DNA of 64,000 nt from Octopus vulgaris (GCA_951406725.2 OX597825.1:68944001-69008000), one strand, 5' to 3'; counted from the first letter of the stretch, positions 12,871-25,895 are shown. Numbers and translations: made by a program. The notes: generated from the letters alone by a model not told the origin.

Positions 12871-13004
12871 TACACACCAGAGTTAATATTTAGCCTCGTA
12901 TCTAAGACGTTAACTACCTTCTTGCCGTATTCAAAAGTGAACTTTAGGTTAAATCTTTTGAAGTATTTTCTAATTTTCTTTCCCATTCCTTCTGTGACAG
13001 TCTT

Positions 13005-13046
<42 letters not shown>

Positions 13047-13062
13047 AAGACTGTCACAGAAG

Positions 13063-13111
<49 letters not shown>

Positions 13112-13425
13112 TACATACACATATATGTATACATACTCTCACACACACACACACACACACACAAATATACATACATACACACACACACCTATATATATAT
13201 ATTTGAAAGTATGTTTGTCAACATTTGGTCGATTCCGAAATATGTCACTATGCTAAGGATGCCATGTCTTGTGCGCACCATTAACATATAATATCCATTA
13301 AGAAACATGAGAAAATGTGAGACAAGATTGAAATGAATGTATGGCGGACAAGAAATAACAATTTGTTAACGATCTAAGTAGGCCTACGTTCAGTAACAGG
13401 TTGAAGCCATAAAATCATAGCATTG

Positions 13426-13477
<52 letters not shown>

Positions 13478-13624
13478 CATGTATAAATATATATCTTTAC
13501 ACACACACGTATATATACATACATATATACATACATATATGTATATATACCTATATATAAATGTGTATAAATGTGCAGGTATATGTATATATGTATACCC
13601 ATATATATATATGTGAGTATACAA

Positions 13625-13694
<70 letters not shown>

Positions 13695-13895
13695 GCGCAT
13701 ACATATATATGTAAAAATGTAAGTGCGCATACATATGTATATACCTATATATATATATAGGTGTTTATGTCGATAAATGTTGACTTGTATACCTGTATAT
13801 GCATATGTACATACGTATATATCTGTTACATTTATGTACTTATACAAGCTTATATACATATATTCTTGTGTTTGTATATGTGTGCGTTGTGCGTC

Positions 13896-13938
<43 letters not shown>

Positions 13939-14356
13939 GTTTATATATGTGTAGATGTTTACGCTGAGCGATTATTTATTATTAGTAAAATTTGAAATTT
14001 CTAAATCTTAATAACTTTTGTTTTCTACATGCCTAAAATAATGTACCAAAACCATTTAGAAATCTGATACGACTATTTTCTCGCTGTCAAACCAAAAATT
14101 GAGTAGAATTGATTATTTTCCTTTGAAATTCCGCCCCCACCATGTATATACATGTACCAGATAAAGAAACACAAACATGGGGAGAAAGAAGAAACAAGAG
14201 TGTTTAATGCTCGGGAAAATGGAAGAAGTCTATAATGTTTCAATATATAACGTTTCATTATATATTATAAACTGGAATATATAATATTATATATCATACA
14301 TTAGAATTAAAATTGCGGGCGTAGAGTGCTAGAATATTTTTCTCAGATTATACGAA

Positions 14357-14725
14357 TCACATGGTTCCGGGTTCAGTCTCACTGTGTGGCACCTTGGGCA
14401 AGTATCTTTTTCTATAGCCTCGAGCCGACCAAAGACTTGTGAGTGGATCTGGTAGACGGAAACTGAAAGAAGCTCGTCGTATATATGTATTTATATATAT
14501 GTATGTGTGTGTGTATATGTTTGTGTGTATGTGTTTGTCACCACCCCAACATCACTTGACAACCGATACTGGTGTGTTAACGCCCCCGTAACTTAGCGGT
14601 TTGGCAAAAGAGACCGATAGAATAAGAACTAGGCTTACAAAGAATAAGTCCTGGGGTCGATTTGCTTGACTAAAGGCGGTGCTCCAGCATGGTCGCAGTC
14701 AAATGATTGAAACAAATAAAAGAGT
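14357..14725 (+). mobile_element. SINE group A (5' truncated), followed by an older partial tail to ~14908
   Basis: Matches 3107-3532. Confidence 0.88.
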
Positions 14726-14922
14726 ATATATGCATATACACAACATCGTTGGACAACCGTGATAATTTAAGTCCCCGTAATCTTGTGGTTCGGCTGAAGC
14801 GACCGATAGACTAAGTACCAAGCTTGAAACTCAAGTACTGAGATCGATTTGTCCATGTAAACCCGGCAAGGCATGGGTCAGGTCAGTGACTGGAAGAAAA
14901 GATAAAAGGTTTTATATACACA

Positions 14923-15220
14923 CTAGCAGTATCGCCCGGCGTTGCTCGGGTTTGTAAGGGAAATAACTATATAAGCATTTTTAGAGAGTTATAGACAAAA
15001 AAATGGCAAAAAAATGCATTAAAAATGGAAAAAAAATGATGGTAAATTTTTTTTTAAATCGTAGACTCATCGTCCACGCGCACTAATACCCAGAAGGGCT
15101 CGATATGAATCACGACTATAAGATACCAGGTTTTGGTTAAACTGCACCGCAAAATGTGGGAGTAGTTAGGAATCTGAATCGTAGGAGACAGACACACAAC
15201 TTGACTTTTATATATAAAGA
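14923..15220 (-). mobile_element. Complete non-autonomous Helitron (~298 bp)
   Basis: On - strand: host A | TCTTTATATATAAAAG ... hairpin CCCGAGCAACGCCGGG, 8-nt spacer, CTAG | host T. These are canonical Helitron termini and A-T insertion site. Confidence 0.9.
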
Positions 15221-15693
15221 TAATATGTTGAATGTCTATGATTCATGAAAACTACATTGTATGCGGCCGAGTATTCTACAAACGCTTGTATTTCTAATGT
15301 GATCCTTACGGCCTATCAATGTCATAAAGAATTGCACAGAGCCGACCTTTGAATTGCAGCATCTGTCCTTCTGAATGTGAATGATCACAGCTTCTGTTTT
15401 CACGTTTTCAGTCACACGCTTGGATTCCTTAGAAGCTACGTTAAAAGCTGCTTCAAAAAAAAATTCTAGAAGTGTTTTCCAGTGGGAACCTTTATAATTA
15501 TTAAACAAAATTCCAACTAGTCTGCTTTGTCTGTCTCTCTCTCTGTCTATCTATTTCTCTTTTTATTATGTGTATACATATATATGCATGCATATGCATG
15601 TATATATACATGCGTGTATATACATATGTATATGTAGACCCACATGTAATATGTACACTCAGATGTGAATATTTATATCTATCTATATATATA

Positions 15694-15729
<36 letters not shown>

Positions 15730-15867
15730 TGTGTGTATATATATAATGAATATATATATATATATATATATGAATAAATGAAAGAATGGAGTCGAACGAA
15801 TGTTCCATGCTGACGATAAACATAGGATAATTCATTCACCTACTTATATATATATATATATATATAC

Positions 15868-15932
<65 letters not shown>

Positions 15933-16021
15933 CATATATATATATACATATATATACATATATACATATACAAATACATATATATACATATATACATATA
16001 CATATATACATACATATATAC

Positions 16022-16105
<84 letters not shown>

Positions 16106-16653
16106 GTATACAAAACATGTAATTGATGTATATTTCTCACGTAACAGAATGTGTGTTAAAGTATGATTCTGATATCAAACAACTTGAATATTTTTCTTCA
16201 TCGTTTTTCATTTCGTGTTTTTCTCTCCTTCTCTTCGATAAACGAAACCGATAACGTTTTATTTTAAAAGACGTTCAATTATAAAAAGGGAAAAATGAAT
16301 ATAAAATCAACTCCAAGATTCGTATTATCTGCTAAAAGCACAATAATATCAATGTAGGAGGCTGCAGTCACGATTTCAGTTTATTTATCTTTCCCAATGT
16401 ACTGTCAATTTAGCTAAACTAAACATTGATAATAGTAAAGGAAAATATGGAAAGCAATTCTCCTCTCCCTATTTACAAGGGCAAAATCCAATAGCGGATG
16501 CTTTCTCTTCATCCGTTCTTGTTCCTTACATCCTGTGTTTCTATAGGAACGAGGTATATCACAGAAAATATACAGGGAAATTGCACTCGCCTTAATTTAC
16601 AATATGTTTAGTATTGGAGAGGAAGTTACAATAGATTCTTTGGATAATAAAAT

Positions 16654-17182
16654 ACGCCCTGATGCAGTACCAGGTAGTGGCTCTCATGGCTTCTGATCTT
16701 AACTGACTGGAAGTGTTATCATGTACATTGTTTTGTCTTGGTATAAAAGATGGGCTACAGCAAATATTCTGCTCAATGCCACAGATTTGCTTGTCAGTCG
16801 TTTGACGACAACCAGTTGAGCATGTCCCTTAGTGGCTGACGATATGTGCATCTCTGATCACGAGCAGAAGTAGTGGGGGAGCATCACAGCCATGTGTTGA
16901 GAGGACTTCTTTGGGGTTTGGATAATTCACCTTTGAAAACATGGGTGTTTCGTTCATCATCCTTAAACAACCCATATTGAGGGATTTTTTGTACAAGATG
17001 GGCTACTCGCCCAGGCGAAAATTCTAACTGGGACCCACCTGCAAGGTCATGCGCTGTTTATCTTGATATGAGATCATCATATCGTACACATATGGTTGTT
17101 ATGTATGTGCTTGGTGTACCATTATTTGACGGGTAGTCATGATGGGTATACTGGGTTTTATATTTTTAGCCCAGTGTCACTT
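16654..17182 (+). mobile_element. Non-coding TAA-associated interspersed element (group D)
   Basis: Starts GCCCTGATGCAGTACCAGG; homologous over its length to 39131-39680 and in part to 27165-27320, 47305-47570, 50705-50918 and 50960-51270. Confidence 0.85.
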
Positions 17183-17258
17183 ACTACTACTACTACTAAT
17201 AATACTACTACTACTAATATTAATAATAATAATGGTTTTAAAGTGTCAGCTCGCTGCC

Positions 17259-17315
<57 letters not shown>

Positions 17316-17317
<2 letters not shown>

Positions 17318-17900
17318 GACAAGTGGTATAATCACCACCCTGAGGCTGTAACTGAAGGAGAAAATGTAACCATTCTGTGGGACTTTCCAGTACATACAGA
17401 CCGAACCATCAAGGCCAATAAACCAGATATTGTTGTGAAAGACCAAAACAATAAAGTTTGCTTATTGATCGACATGAGCATCCCCTGTGATCATAATATC
17501 TCAGCGAAAGAGTTTGACAAGCTCAGAAAATATAAAGACCTACTCATTGAAACTGAGAAAATGTGGCATCTCAAGGCGGTTACAATACCAGTGATCGTAG
17601 GAGCACTAGGAATGATCAAGAAGGGAACCGAAAATTATATGAGAATGATCCCTGGCTTACCATCCCTGCAAGAAGTGCAAAAGATTGTCTTAACTGGTAC
17701 ATCACACGTATTGAGAAGAGCATTGTCGATGTGAGAACTGTTGCTGCTCATGTATTTTAACTTTAAAAAAAAAAAAAAAATGAACGAACGATTGAGTTTG
17801 GTTTAATGGCCTACCAATGTATACTATGAGTTTCTTTGCCCTAGGAGTCGGGAAGACACTCGGCAAGAAATGGAAGCAAATTTGAAAGAAGAAAAAAAAA
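17316..17900 (+). mobile_element. R4/Dong-clade non-LTR retrotransposon 3' fragment (RLE endonuclease + 3' UTR)
   Basis: ILWDFPVHTDRTIKANKPDIVV...LLIDMSIP...K..KYKDL...TIPVIVGALG (PD-D-K restriction-like endonuclease); flanked by (TAA)n; frame open to the stop at 17734. Confidence 0.93.
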
Positions 17901-17942
17901 AGTAGTAATAATAATAACAATAATAATAATAATAATAATACT

Positions 17943-18156
17943 TTCTACTATAGGCACAAGGCCTGAAATTTTGGGGGCGAGAGATAGCCAATTACATCGA
18001 CCCCCTGTACTCAACTGGTACTTGTTTTATTGACACCAAAATGATGAACGGTAATGTTGACCCCGGCAGAACTTGAACTCAGAACGTAAAGACGGATGAA
18101 ATACCGCTAAGCATTTTCCCCCGGTGTGTTAACGATTCTGCCAGCTTGCTGCCTTG
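17943..18156 (-). mobile_element. SINE group C
   Basis: Reverse-complement match to AAGGCGGCGAGCTGGCAGAA...GAGTTCAAATTCCGCCGAGGTCGAC family. Confidence 0.8.
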
Positions 18157-18382
18157 AAAATGATAATAAAATATCATCAATGATTCATATGCTTAATATT
18201 CTAAGAATCCTTGGAAATATCAGCACAGAATTCCGTCACACTATTCCTGAAAGAAGTAGTATTGTGTGACTCATACGCGTGTGAGACGGCTTTACAATAA
18301 TGATATTTTAATCAATGATAAATAGCTACTAGTATTTATTTTATCCTACCCATCCAAGGATTGATTAACATCTAAACTTACA

Positions 18383-18808
18383 GTTCTATATTTAAGAGAT
18401 GAGGAATTATGCACATTATTTACATTATTTACATTCGACGGATATTTGTCCTCATCTTGTTTGTTGTTAACACACGTTTCCCCTGATGTCCCCTCCGGCC
18501 TTCTTCAGGTGTCTTGGGGAAATTTCGAACCTGGGTTCTCATTCCTATGGTGTAGTGGTTAAGAGCGCGGGTTACTAACACCAAGATTCCGAGTTCGATT
18601 CCAAGCAGTGACCTGAACAACAACAACAACAATAACAATAATAATAATAATAATAATTAATAATAACATCGAAGAATACCTTAAGAATGAGAACCCAGGC
18701 TCGAAATTTCCCCAAGACACATGAAGAAGGCCGGAGGGTAAATCAGGGTAAACGTTGTGTTAACAACAAACAAGATGAGGACAAATATCCGTCGAATGTA
18801 AATAATGT
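18383..18808 (+). mobile_element. tRNA-headed, hammerhead-bearing short retroelement with inverted terminal duplication and 13-bp TSD
   Basis: TSD ATCTAAACTTACA at 18370-18382 and 18809-18821. A box TGGTGTAGTGG 18548-18558, B box GTTCGATTCC 18593-18602. 18415-18550 is the reverse complement of 18678-18808. Hammerhead-like cores at 18469-18513 (-) and 18716-18761 (+). Confidence 0.8.
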
Positions 18809-19106
18809 ATCTAAACTTACATTGATGGAATTGAACCCATCCTGTAACTAAACGCCGTAAGCAGCTCCTCTCTACGATCTCTCTAAGCTTGGCGCTTCTG
18901 TGTGCGCACACATTTTTCTTCTGGCGAAAAAAGGGAAGAAAAAAATATGTGTGCAAACAAAGCCTTAATTTCAAGATAAAATCGAAAACATTTTAATTGG
19001 AGACATTTGAGCGGTTGCGATTTACATGGATGTACACATAATCTGTAAAGTAAAACAAACTTTGCACACAAATAATTTTGTGTTTACGGCTATAATAATA
19101 AAATTT

Positions 19107-19340
19107 AAGGCGGCGAGCTGGCAGAAACGTTAGCGCGCCGGGCGAAGTGCTTAGTGGTATTTCGTCTGCCGTTACGTTCTGAGTTCAAATTCCGCCGAGG
19201 TTGACTTTGCCTTTCATCCTTTCGGGGTCGATAAATAAAGTACCAGTTTCCAACTGTGGTCGATGTAATCGACTTTATCCCTTTGTCTGTCCTTGTTTGT
19301 CCCCTCTGTGTTTAGCCCCTTGTGGGTAATAAAGAAATAT
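19107..19340 (+). mobile_element. SINE group C (full length, TSD-like TATAATAATAAA)
   Basis: AAGGCGGCGAGCTGGCAGAAACGTTAGC...GAGTTCAAATTCC...GCCTTTCATCCTTTCGGGGTCGATAAA...GCCCCTTGTGGGTAATAAAGAAATA. Confidence 0.9.
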
Positions 19341-19699
19341 ATAATAATAAATTTAGATATCTTATTTTCCAGTATGGAAGTCAAAAATGTTCAAGCTACA
19401 ATTAATAGCCACTAAAGTTGGTTGACATAGTCGCTAAGACGACTTTGGAGGATCGAAAATTCCAAATAACCTATAGCAAGATTTAGAAAGATAGTGACTC
19501 TGTTCGAATGGTTAGATGTTTATATTATATACTATGCTACGTCGACTTGTATGCCAGAAAACTCATGTTACACGGCCTTATAATATTAGTATTACCCAAC
19601 AATGTCCCACGACGTACAGTTTGTTGATTTCTAACGCACAACCGAGGTGAGAAATGAGCAATGCAGGGAAAGTATTTGATTTATGCCAGTTTTAATGAA

Positions 19700-19986
19700 G
19701 TGGAGGCGCAATGGCCCAGTGGTCGGAGGATCGCGGTTTCGATTTCCAGATCGGGCGTTGTGTATTTATTGAGCGAAAACACCTAAAAGCTCCACGAGGC
19801 TCCGGCCGGGGATGGTGGCGACCCCTGTTGTACTCTTTCGCCACAACTTTCTCTCACTCTTTCTTCCTGTTTCTTGAGTAACGCTGCGATGGACTGGCGT
19901 CCCGTTCAGCTGGAGGCGGCGGGGGAACACATTCGCCACAGAAACCAGGAAACCGGGCCCATGAGCTAGGCTTGAAAAGGGTGCAT
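19700..19986 (+). mobile_element. SINE group B (head 1 + tail Y)
   Basis: TGGAGGCGCAATGGCCCAGTGG head; tail GCGATGGACTGGCGTCCCG...GAAACCGGGCCCATGAG; TSD-like AGT(T/C)TTAATGAA. Confidence 0.88.
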
Positions 19987-20069
19987 AGATAAATGAAGTC
20001 TTAATGAAAGGATCATGCAACTCTATCAGGTGTTATTTGCACGTAGAACATAACAGGGACAGTCAGTAA

Positions 20070-20480
20070 ATGGTTTCTAATTTAGACGTCAGTAATTTTG
20101 AGGGGAGGACGAAGTCGATTATATCGATGCCAGAGGGATGAAAGACAAAGCTGACCTGGGCGGAATTTGAACCCAGAATGTAAAGAGCTGGAAGAAATTC
20201 AGCTAAGCATTTTATCCGACGCGGTGATGATTCTACTAGACCGCCGCCTTTATTATCATTAAGAATAGTTTCGAAATTTGGCACAAAGCCAGCAACTTTG
20301 AAAGAGGTGGCAGGACGATTACATCCACTTAGTATTCAACTAGTAATTATTTTATCCACTCAAAAAAAAAAAAAAAAAAAAGAACGACAAAGTCAATTTC
20401 GGTGGAGTTTGAACTCAGAACATAGAACCAGATATTTTTGTCCGGCGTGGCAACGATTCTGCCAGTTCACGGCCTTTATC
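20070..20480 (-). mobile_element. Two tandem diverged SINE group C copies
   Basis: GGCGGAATTTGAACCCAGAA and GGAGTTTGAACTCAGAAC B-box regions. Confidence 0.7.
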
Positions 20481-21244
20481 ATTATTAATAATGCAGTAGA
20501 TTTTACAACACTTAATCTATTTCCGTGAGGTTCTTCCAAAATATGGACACTTTCTTTTGCTCTATGTTGATACTGTTTTAGCGCTCAGCTGAATGATACA
20601 TTTTTCTTTTATTTCTATAAGGTATGAAAGCTATCACACTACATTATGCTTGCTGATATTGTGCTTTCACATTTCTTAATGCGTTTTATAATATATTTAT
20701 TCAAGCTGTTTATTCAGTCAGGAACGATTTCTATTATATTCCAGCGATTCAATATGCATTCAGTGCCAGAATATAGGCTGGTTCTCGTTTTATTTTCTTC
20801 ATATTCTACAATAGCTTCGTAATCTTCTCTCCCACGTTTCTTTTATTTCTTGTGTTATAATTAAATATTTAGGGATATAAACGATGAAAGCCGCCCGTTT
20901 CATTCAGAGGAAATATGCATATTATTTGGCATTTTCAAGGAAGCTGAGAGTAACATTATTTGATATATACTTCCGTTTTTCAAATATATTTTCTGTATTT
21001 ACTATGAAATATATAAATATTTTATGCAAAAACAAGATTATAGAAAGGAGCATTAGTTTCTCAGGAAATAATAAAATCTTTACAAAATTTAAAAATATGC
21101 AAATGAATATTCTGTAATCACGTATAAAATCCATATGTGGTAATTGCAATAGATTTATTTGCAATAAATACAAGGGCAGCACGCAATTAGAACCTTTGTG
21201 ACCCCTCAAAATACAAGGCTTTACTACTATCATTGAAGAATTCT

Positions 21245-21643
21245 CTTTATTCTTTTATTCATTTGTTTCAGTTATTTGATTGCAGCCATACTGGAGCACC
21301 GCCTTTAGACGAGCAAAAGGACCCCAGAACATATACTTTGTAAGTCTGGTGCTTTTTCTATCGGTCTCTTCCGAACCACTAAGTTACGCGGACGTAAACA
21401 CACCAGCATTGGTTATCAGGCGATGTTGGGAGATACACACATAGACAGACAGATACGCACACACACACACATGTATACACGATGGGCTTCTTTCAGTTTC
21501 CGTCTACCAAATCCACTTACAAGGCTTTGGTCGGCCCGAGGCTATAGTAGAAGACACTTGCCCAAGGTGCCACGCAGAGGGAGTGAACCCGGAACCATGT
21601 GGTTGGTAAGCAAGCTACTTACTACACAGCCACTCCTGCGCTT
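21245..21643 (-). mobile_element. SINE group A
   Basis: Reverse-complement match to 3107-3532. Confidence 0.88.
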
Positions 21644-21656
21644 ATGACGAATGATG

Positions 21657-21747
21657 CACCCGCAGAGGGACTTGAACCCGCAACCCTCAGATCACCTTGA
21701 AGATAACTCTTAAAAGATTAATGATCTACCGACTGAGTTATGCGGGT
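21657..21747 (-). tRNA. tRNA-Lys(TTT) with an 18-nt intron, probably a pseudogene
   Basis: rc ACCCGCA TA ACTC AGTCGGTA GATC A TTAAT CT TTT A [AGAGTTATCTTCAAGGTG] A TCTGA GGGTT GCGGG TTCAAGT CCCTC TGCGGGT G = 73+18 nt. Perfect acceptor stem; mismatches in the D, anticodon and T stems. Confidence 0.8.
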
Positions 21748-22044
21748 GAAAAAAATTCTTTGTGAATTTATATCCTAGATAAAAACTGCTTCCTACAGAA
21801 AGAAACTTCTGTTCAAAGCCAGGAAATACTTCATCACAAATGTGTTATCACAACGGCTATGTTATAAAATTCGAACAACGTGTCGGCATTAAATTTGAAG
21901 CTCAACAAATTTAGCTAGATATATGAAATGAATCATTAAGTTTTAGCAAGGTGTTTAATGTTCGAACACAGCTTTCTCAGTATCACGCACGTTTTGTCTG
22001 GTGGAATATGTGAATGGTGATGACTATTTTCCTTGGTAAATGTA

Positions 22045-22462
22045 TGGCTGTATGGTAAGTAGCTTGCTTAACGACTATATGGTTCCGGGTTCAGTCCCAT
22101 TGCGTGGCACCGTTGGCAAGTGTCTTCTACTATAGCCTCGGGCCGACCAAAACCTTGTGAGAGGATTTGGTAGACGGAAACTGAAAGAAGTCCGTCGTTT
22201 ATACATATTTATATATATATGTATGCGCGTGTATATGTTTGTGTGTCTGTGTTTGTCCCCCCCAACATTGCTTGACAACCGATGCTGGTGTGTTTACTTC
22301 CTCGTAAATTAGCGATTCGGCAAAAGAGATCGATAGGATAAGTACTAGGCTTACAAAGAATAAGTTCTGGGGTCGATTTGCTCGACTAAAGGGGGTGCTT
22401 CAGCAAGGTCACAGTCAAATGACTGAAACAAGTAAAAGAGTAAAAAAAATAGTAAAAAGAGT
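22045..22462 (+). mobile_element. SINE group A (full length)
   Basis: Matches 3107-3532; sits in a very old mariner-like relic (FEQRVGIKF at about 21870). Confidence 0.9.
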
Positions 22463-23364
22463 ATATGGAAGCTTATGTGTGTGTACACACGTATTTGTGT
22501 CTGTGTTGATGAAATGATGTTTGTTGACATCTGAAAACTGTTCACCCGATAGCGTTATATTTCAATGACAAGTAGAATAAGAAATTACTTGAAAAATCAT
22601 CAGCAAAGGGTTAGTGAGAGGAAGGGCATAAAGGCATCAGTCAGTCAAAACTATGCCTCAGAATCATAAGGAACTACTTGAGTTTGTCGATTCAAGTTAA
22701 TGATCGTTCAAAGCTACCAATCATTTAGAGAATCTTGAGAAAATGTGAGGAAAAAAAGTCATTGGCGACCTTATCTAAACACACCGTCGGTGAACAAATC
22801 GTTTGACCCCACACAGTATTGAAAACACTGCGAAGTCTGTCAAATGATTTTCCTCTAAAACCTCAAAAGGTTCCTATTGCTGTGAAGTTAGCCCCCTCAC
22901 TCTTTGTTTTGACTTACCTGCCCCCATCCATCCAAATGCAATGCAATTGATGGAGCACTATTTCGAGGCAGCAGATAAAATTCAAACGGAATCGCCAGAG
23001 ATATTGGTCGGTTTCCATTAAGTTGCTCACCGCGGTACATTTTAATCGTGGAAGAGACCCCGGGATCTTTGTGTTTATTCTCAAGAGGGCCTGATGACCG
23101 AATAAACATAATAAGCAAAATGCAGAATGGAAACTTTTACTGAGGAATCCCTTCTGTGAACATTCTTCCATCGTGCTCATCAGTTTCGGAAATTTGGAAA
23201 ACGTTGATCGACTCTGCTATTTCTAATGAATAAGAAATTGAAATAAAAAAAAACATAATGAGTGGATATCAGGTAGAACTTTATTTTGGCCTGATTCAGG
23301 AATTTTCTGATACTACCCTCGCTTATATATACTATGTTCGTACACACAAACACACATTTTTGTT

Positions 23365-23670
23365 TTAGCCCTTTTCAATCCTAGCCAGGCTCATGGGCCC
23401 AATTTCCCGGTTTCTCTGGCGTATGTGTTTCCCCCCTCCCCAGCTGGACGGGATACCAGTCCATCGCAGCGTTACTCAAGAAGCAGGAAGAGAGAATGAG
23501 AGAAAGTTGGGGTGAAAGAGTACAACAGGGGCCACCCACCTGTTGGAGTCTCGTGGAGCTTTTAGGTGTTTCCGCTCAATAAACACACACAACTCGCGGT
23601 CTGGGAATCGAAACCGCGATCCTCCGACCGCTAGTCCGCTGCCCTAATCACTGGGTCATTGCGCCTCCAC
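23365..23670 (-). mobile_element. SINE group B (head 1 + tail Y)
   Basis: Reverse-complement match to 19700-19986 and 60488-60796. Confidence 0.88.
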
Positions 23671-24639
23671 ACAAAAACACACATACAGATATATACGCAC
23701 ACACACATAGACACGCATACACACACACACTTATAAAAGATCATACACACAGAAGCACAAACATATATATACACGTATAAACTGTGCGATTGAGAAGGAT
23801 TGAAATATATTTGAATATCAGAAAGACAAACTGTGAGAGCAAATTATAGGTATATAAACACATCTCGTCTGTGCTTTAGAGTTGCGAAATAATATGTAGG
23901 GGTAATTCCTGGATCATTCCGTACGTGTAGATTGAAACGTCGCGCACGATTTTCTTCCTCAGTCGATAGCACAGAATATTAAGTCGCTAAATAAATCAGT
24001 ATGAAATAAAGGATCAGGCATAGTGGCCGATGTAATTTTCTTGCTGCTACTTTTGATGATTTGCAATAAATTCAGGAGGATCAGTTAATTATGATCTTTT
24101 TTCAATGTATTCCCGTCTCAGATTCACATACCTGTCCTTTAGTTTTTCTAAGCCCTGTAAGAGAACTCGGAAAGTTGGGCCTTTAGCCAGGAACTTTTCA
24201 GCACCCCTTCTTAGTTTATGCGCAGCATAGCGTGAACAATAAGGACTGATTTAAATATTGGAAAGCAAAACTGTTAAAGAAAATTATATGGTTGTAAACC
24301 TATTCCGCTTATGGTTCTGATGCCTGCAAAATGATTTACTTTTATATTTTAGCTTTTATGTTTCACATTATATAACAGAAATCTATCCAGAATATAAAAT
24401 CGTTCATTCAATACTGATGTGACACTATATACTCAAATATGCAGAAGTATCTGAGTGTATATATGGATATGTGGATATGTGGATATATGCGTCTGCATGA
24501 CAGTGACAACCACAGAGAGAACACATATCTACTAAAAGATTTTGTGTAAGTATATATACATATGTGGACCTTCATATGTAAATAGACGCATGCAAGTATA
24601 TGTTTACGAGTTTGTGTGTGCGTGTGTGTGTGTGTGTAT

Positions 24640-25032
24640 TCTTTATTCTTTTACTTGTTTCAGTCATTTGACTGTGGCCATGCTGGAGCACCGCCTTTAG
24701 TCGAATCAAATCGACCCCAGGACTTATTCTTTGTAAGCCTAGTACTTATTTTATCGGTCTCTTTTGCCGAACCGCTAAGTTACGGGCGCGCAAACACACC
24801 GGCATCAGTTGTCAAGCGATGTTGGGGTAACAAACACAGATGCACAACATATACACACACATATATATATACATATATACGATGGGCTTCTTTTAGTTTC
24901 CGTCTACCAAATCCACTCACAAGGCTTTGGTCGGTCCGAGGCTATAGTAGAATACACTGGCCCAAGGCACCACGCAGTGGGACTGAACCCGGAACCATAT
25001 GGTTTGTAAGCAAGCTACTTATTACACAGCCA
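24640..25032 (-). mobile_element. SINE group A
   Basis: Reverse-complement match; explains the 199-aa ORF at 24616-25215. Confidence 0.88.
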
Positions 25033-25692
25033 GTGTGTGTGCGCGTGTGCGTGTTGGAGTGCATATATAATTCATCATATAGCCATATCGGATTACATAA
25101 GTTATCTAACAAGAACATTATAGACGATGAACCAACTTTTTCATTGCAGGTTTTAGAAAATATAGTCAAACTATTTTTCAAAGATACACTTGACAGACCA
25201 AGGAACTTAACATAACAATTTCTCAATAAGAGTTATTGCTCCCCCAACACATCAAAATATTTTGCTAAATACTAAGCGTTATCACAAATTCTCGAAAATT
25301 ACTGGCAGCCATTTTTGATGATCAGAAAAAAACCCCGTCTATTCCGAACACGCATAGCAAATGTATGTCATAGCAAGTATACGTCATAGCATATGTAAGC
25401 CAGCCAAAAACTTTAGCAGTTCCGCCAATCTTATTCATGAGGTGTATACATAGGGATTTTCTCTTTTAGTTTGCTTGCTTCAGTCATTGGATTTCAGCCA
25501 TACTGCAGCTCCACCCCTGAAGAATTCAGTCGAAAAAATCGACCCCAGAGCATTTCTTAAAGCCTTGCACTTATTCTATCGGTCTATCATTAACGAAGTG
25601 GTATGTTACAAGGACGTAAACACACTAACACCGGTTATCAAGCGACGAAACACACACACACATACACACACGAATATATATATATATATGGT

Positions 25693-25741
<49 letters not shown>

Positions 25742-25768
25742 GTTCATATACATAGAGGTCTCTCTCTG

Positions 25769-25845
<77 letters not shown>

Positions 25846-25895
25846 CTGTGAATATATACATAAGTGTATGTATGAATACATATTCATGTAGGCAG

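Noticed and set aside
15236-15508. 90-aa minus-strand ORF in non-repetitive sequence
   Set aside because: No recognisable homology or exon boundaries.
16855-16882. TGATCACGA and GTAGTGGGGGA words shared with U1 snRNA in group D
   Set aside because: Spacing is incompatible with U1 and there is no Sm site or 5' ATACTTACCTG.
17096-17734. 212-aa ORF as a host gene
   Set aside because: Chance fusion of the group D tail, (AAT)n and a 5'-truncated Dong endonuclease fragment.
24616-25215. 199-aa ORF and similar RASFSFRLPNPLTRLW ORFs (2817, 9389, 21423, 22075)
   Set aside because: Antisense read-through of SINE group A, not a protein family.
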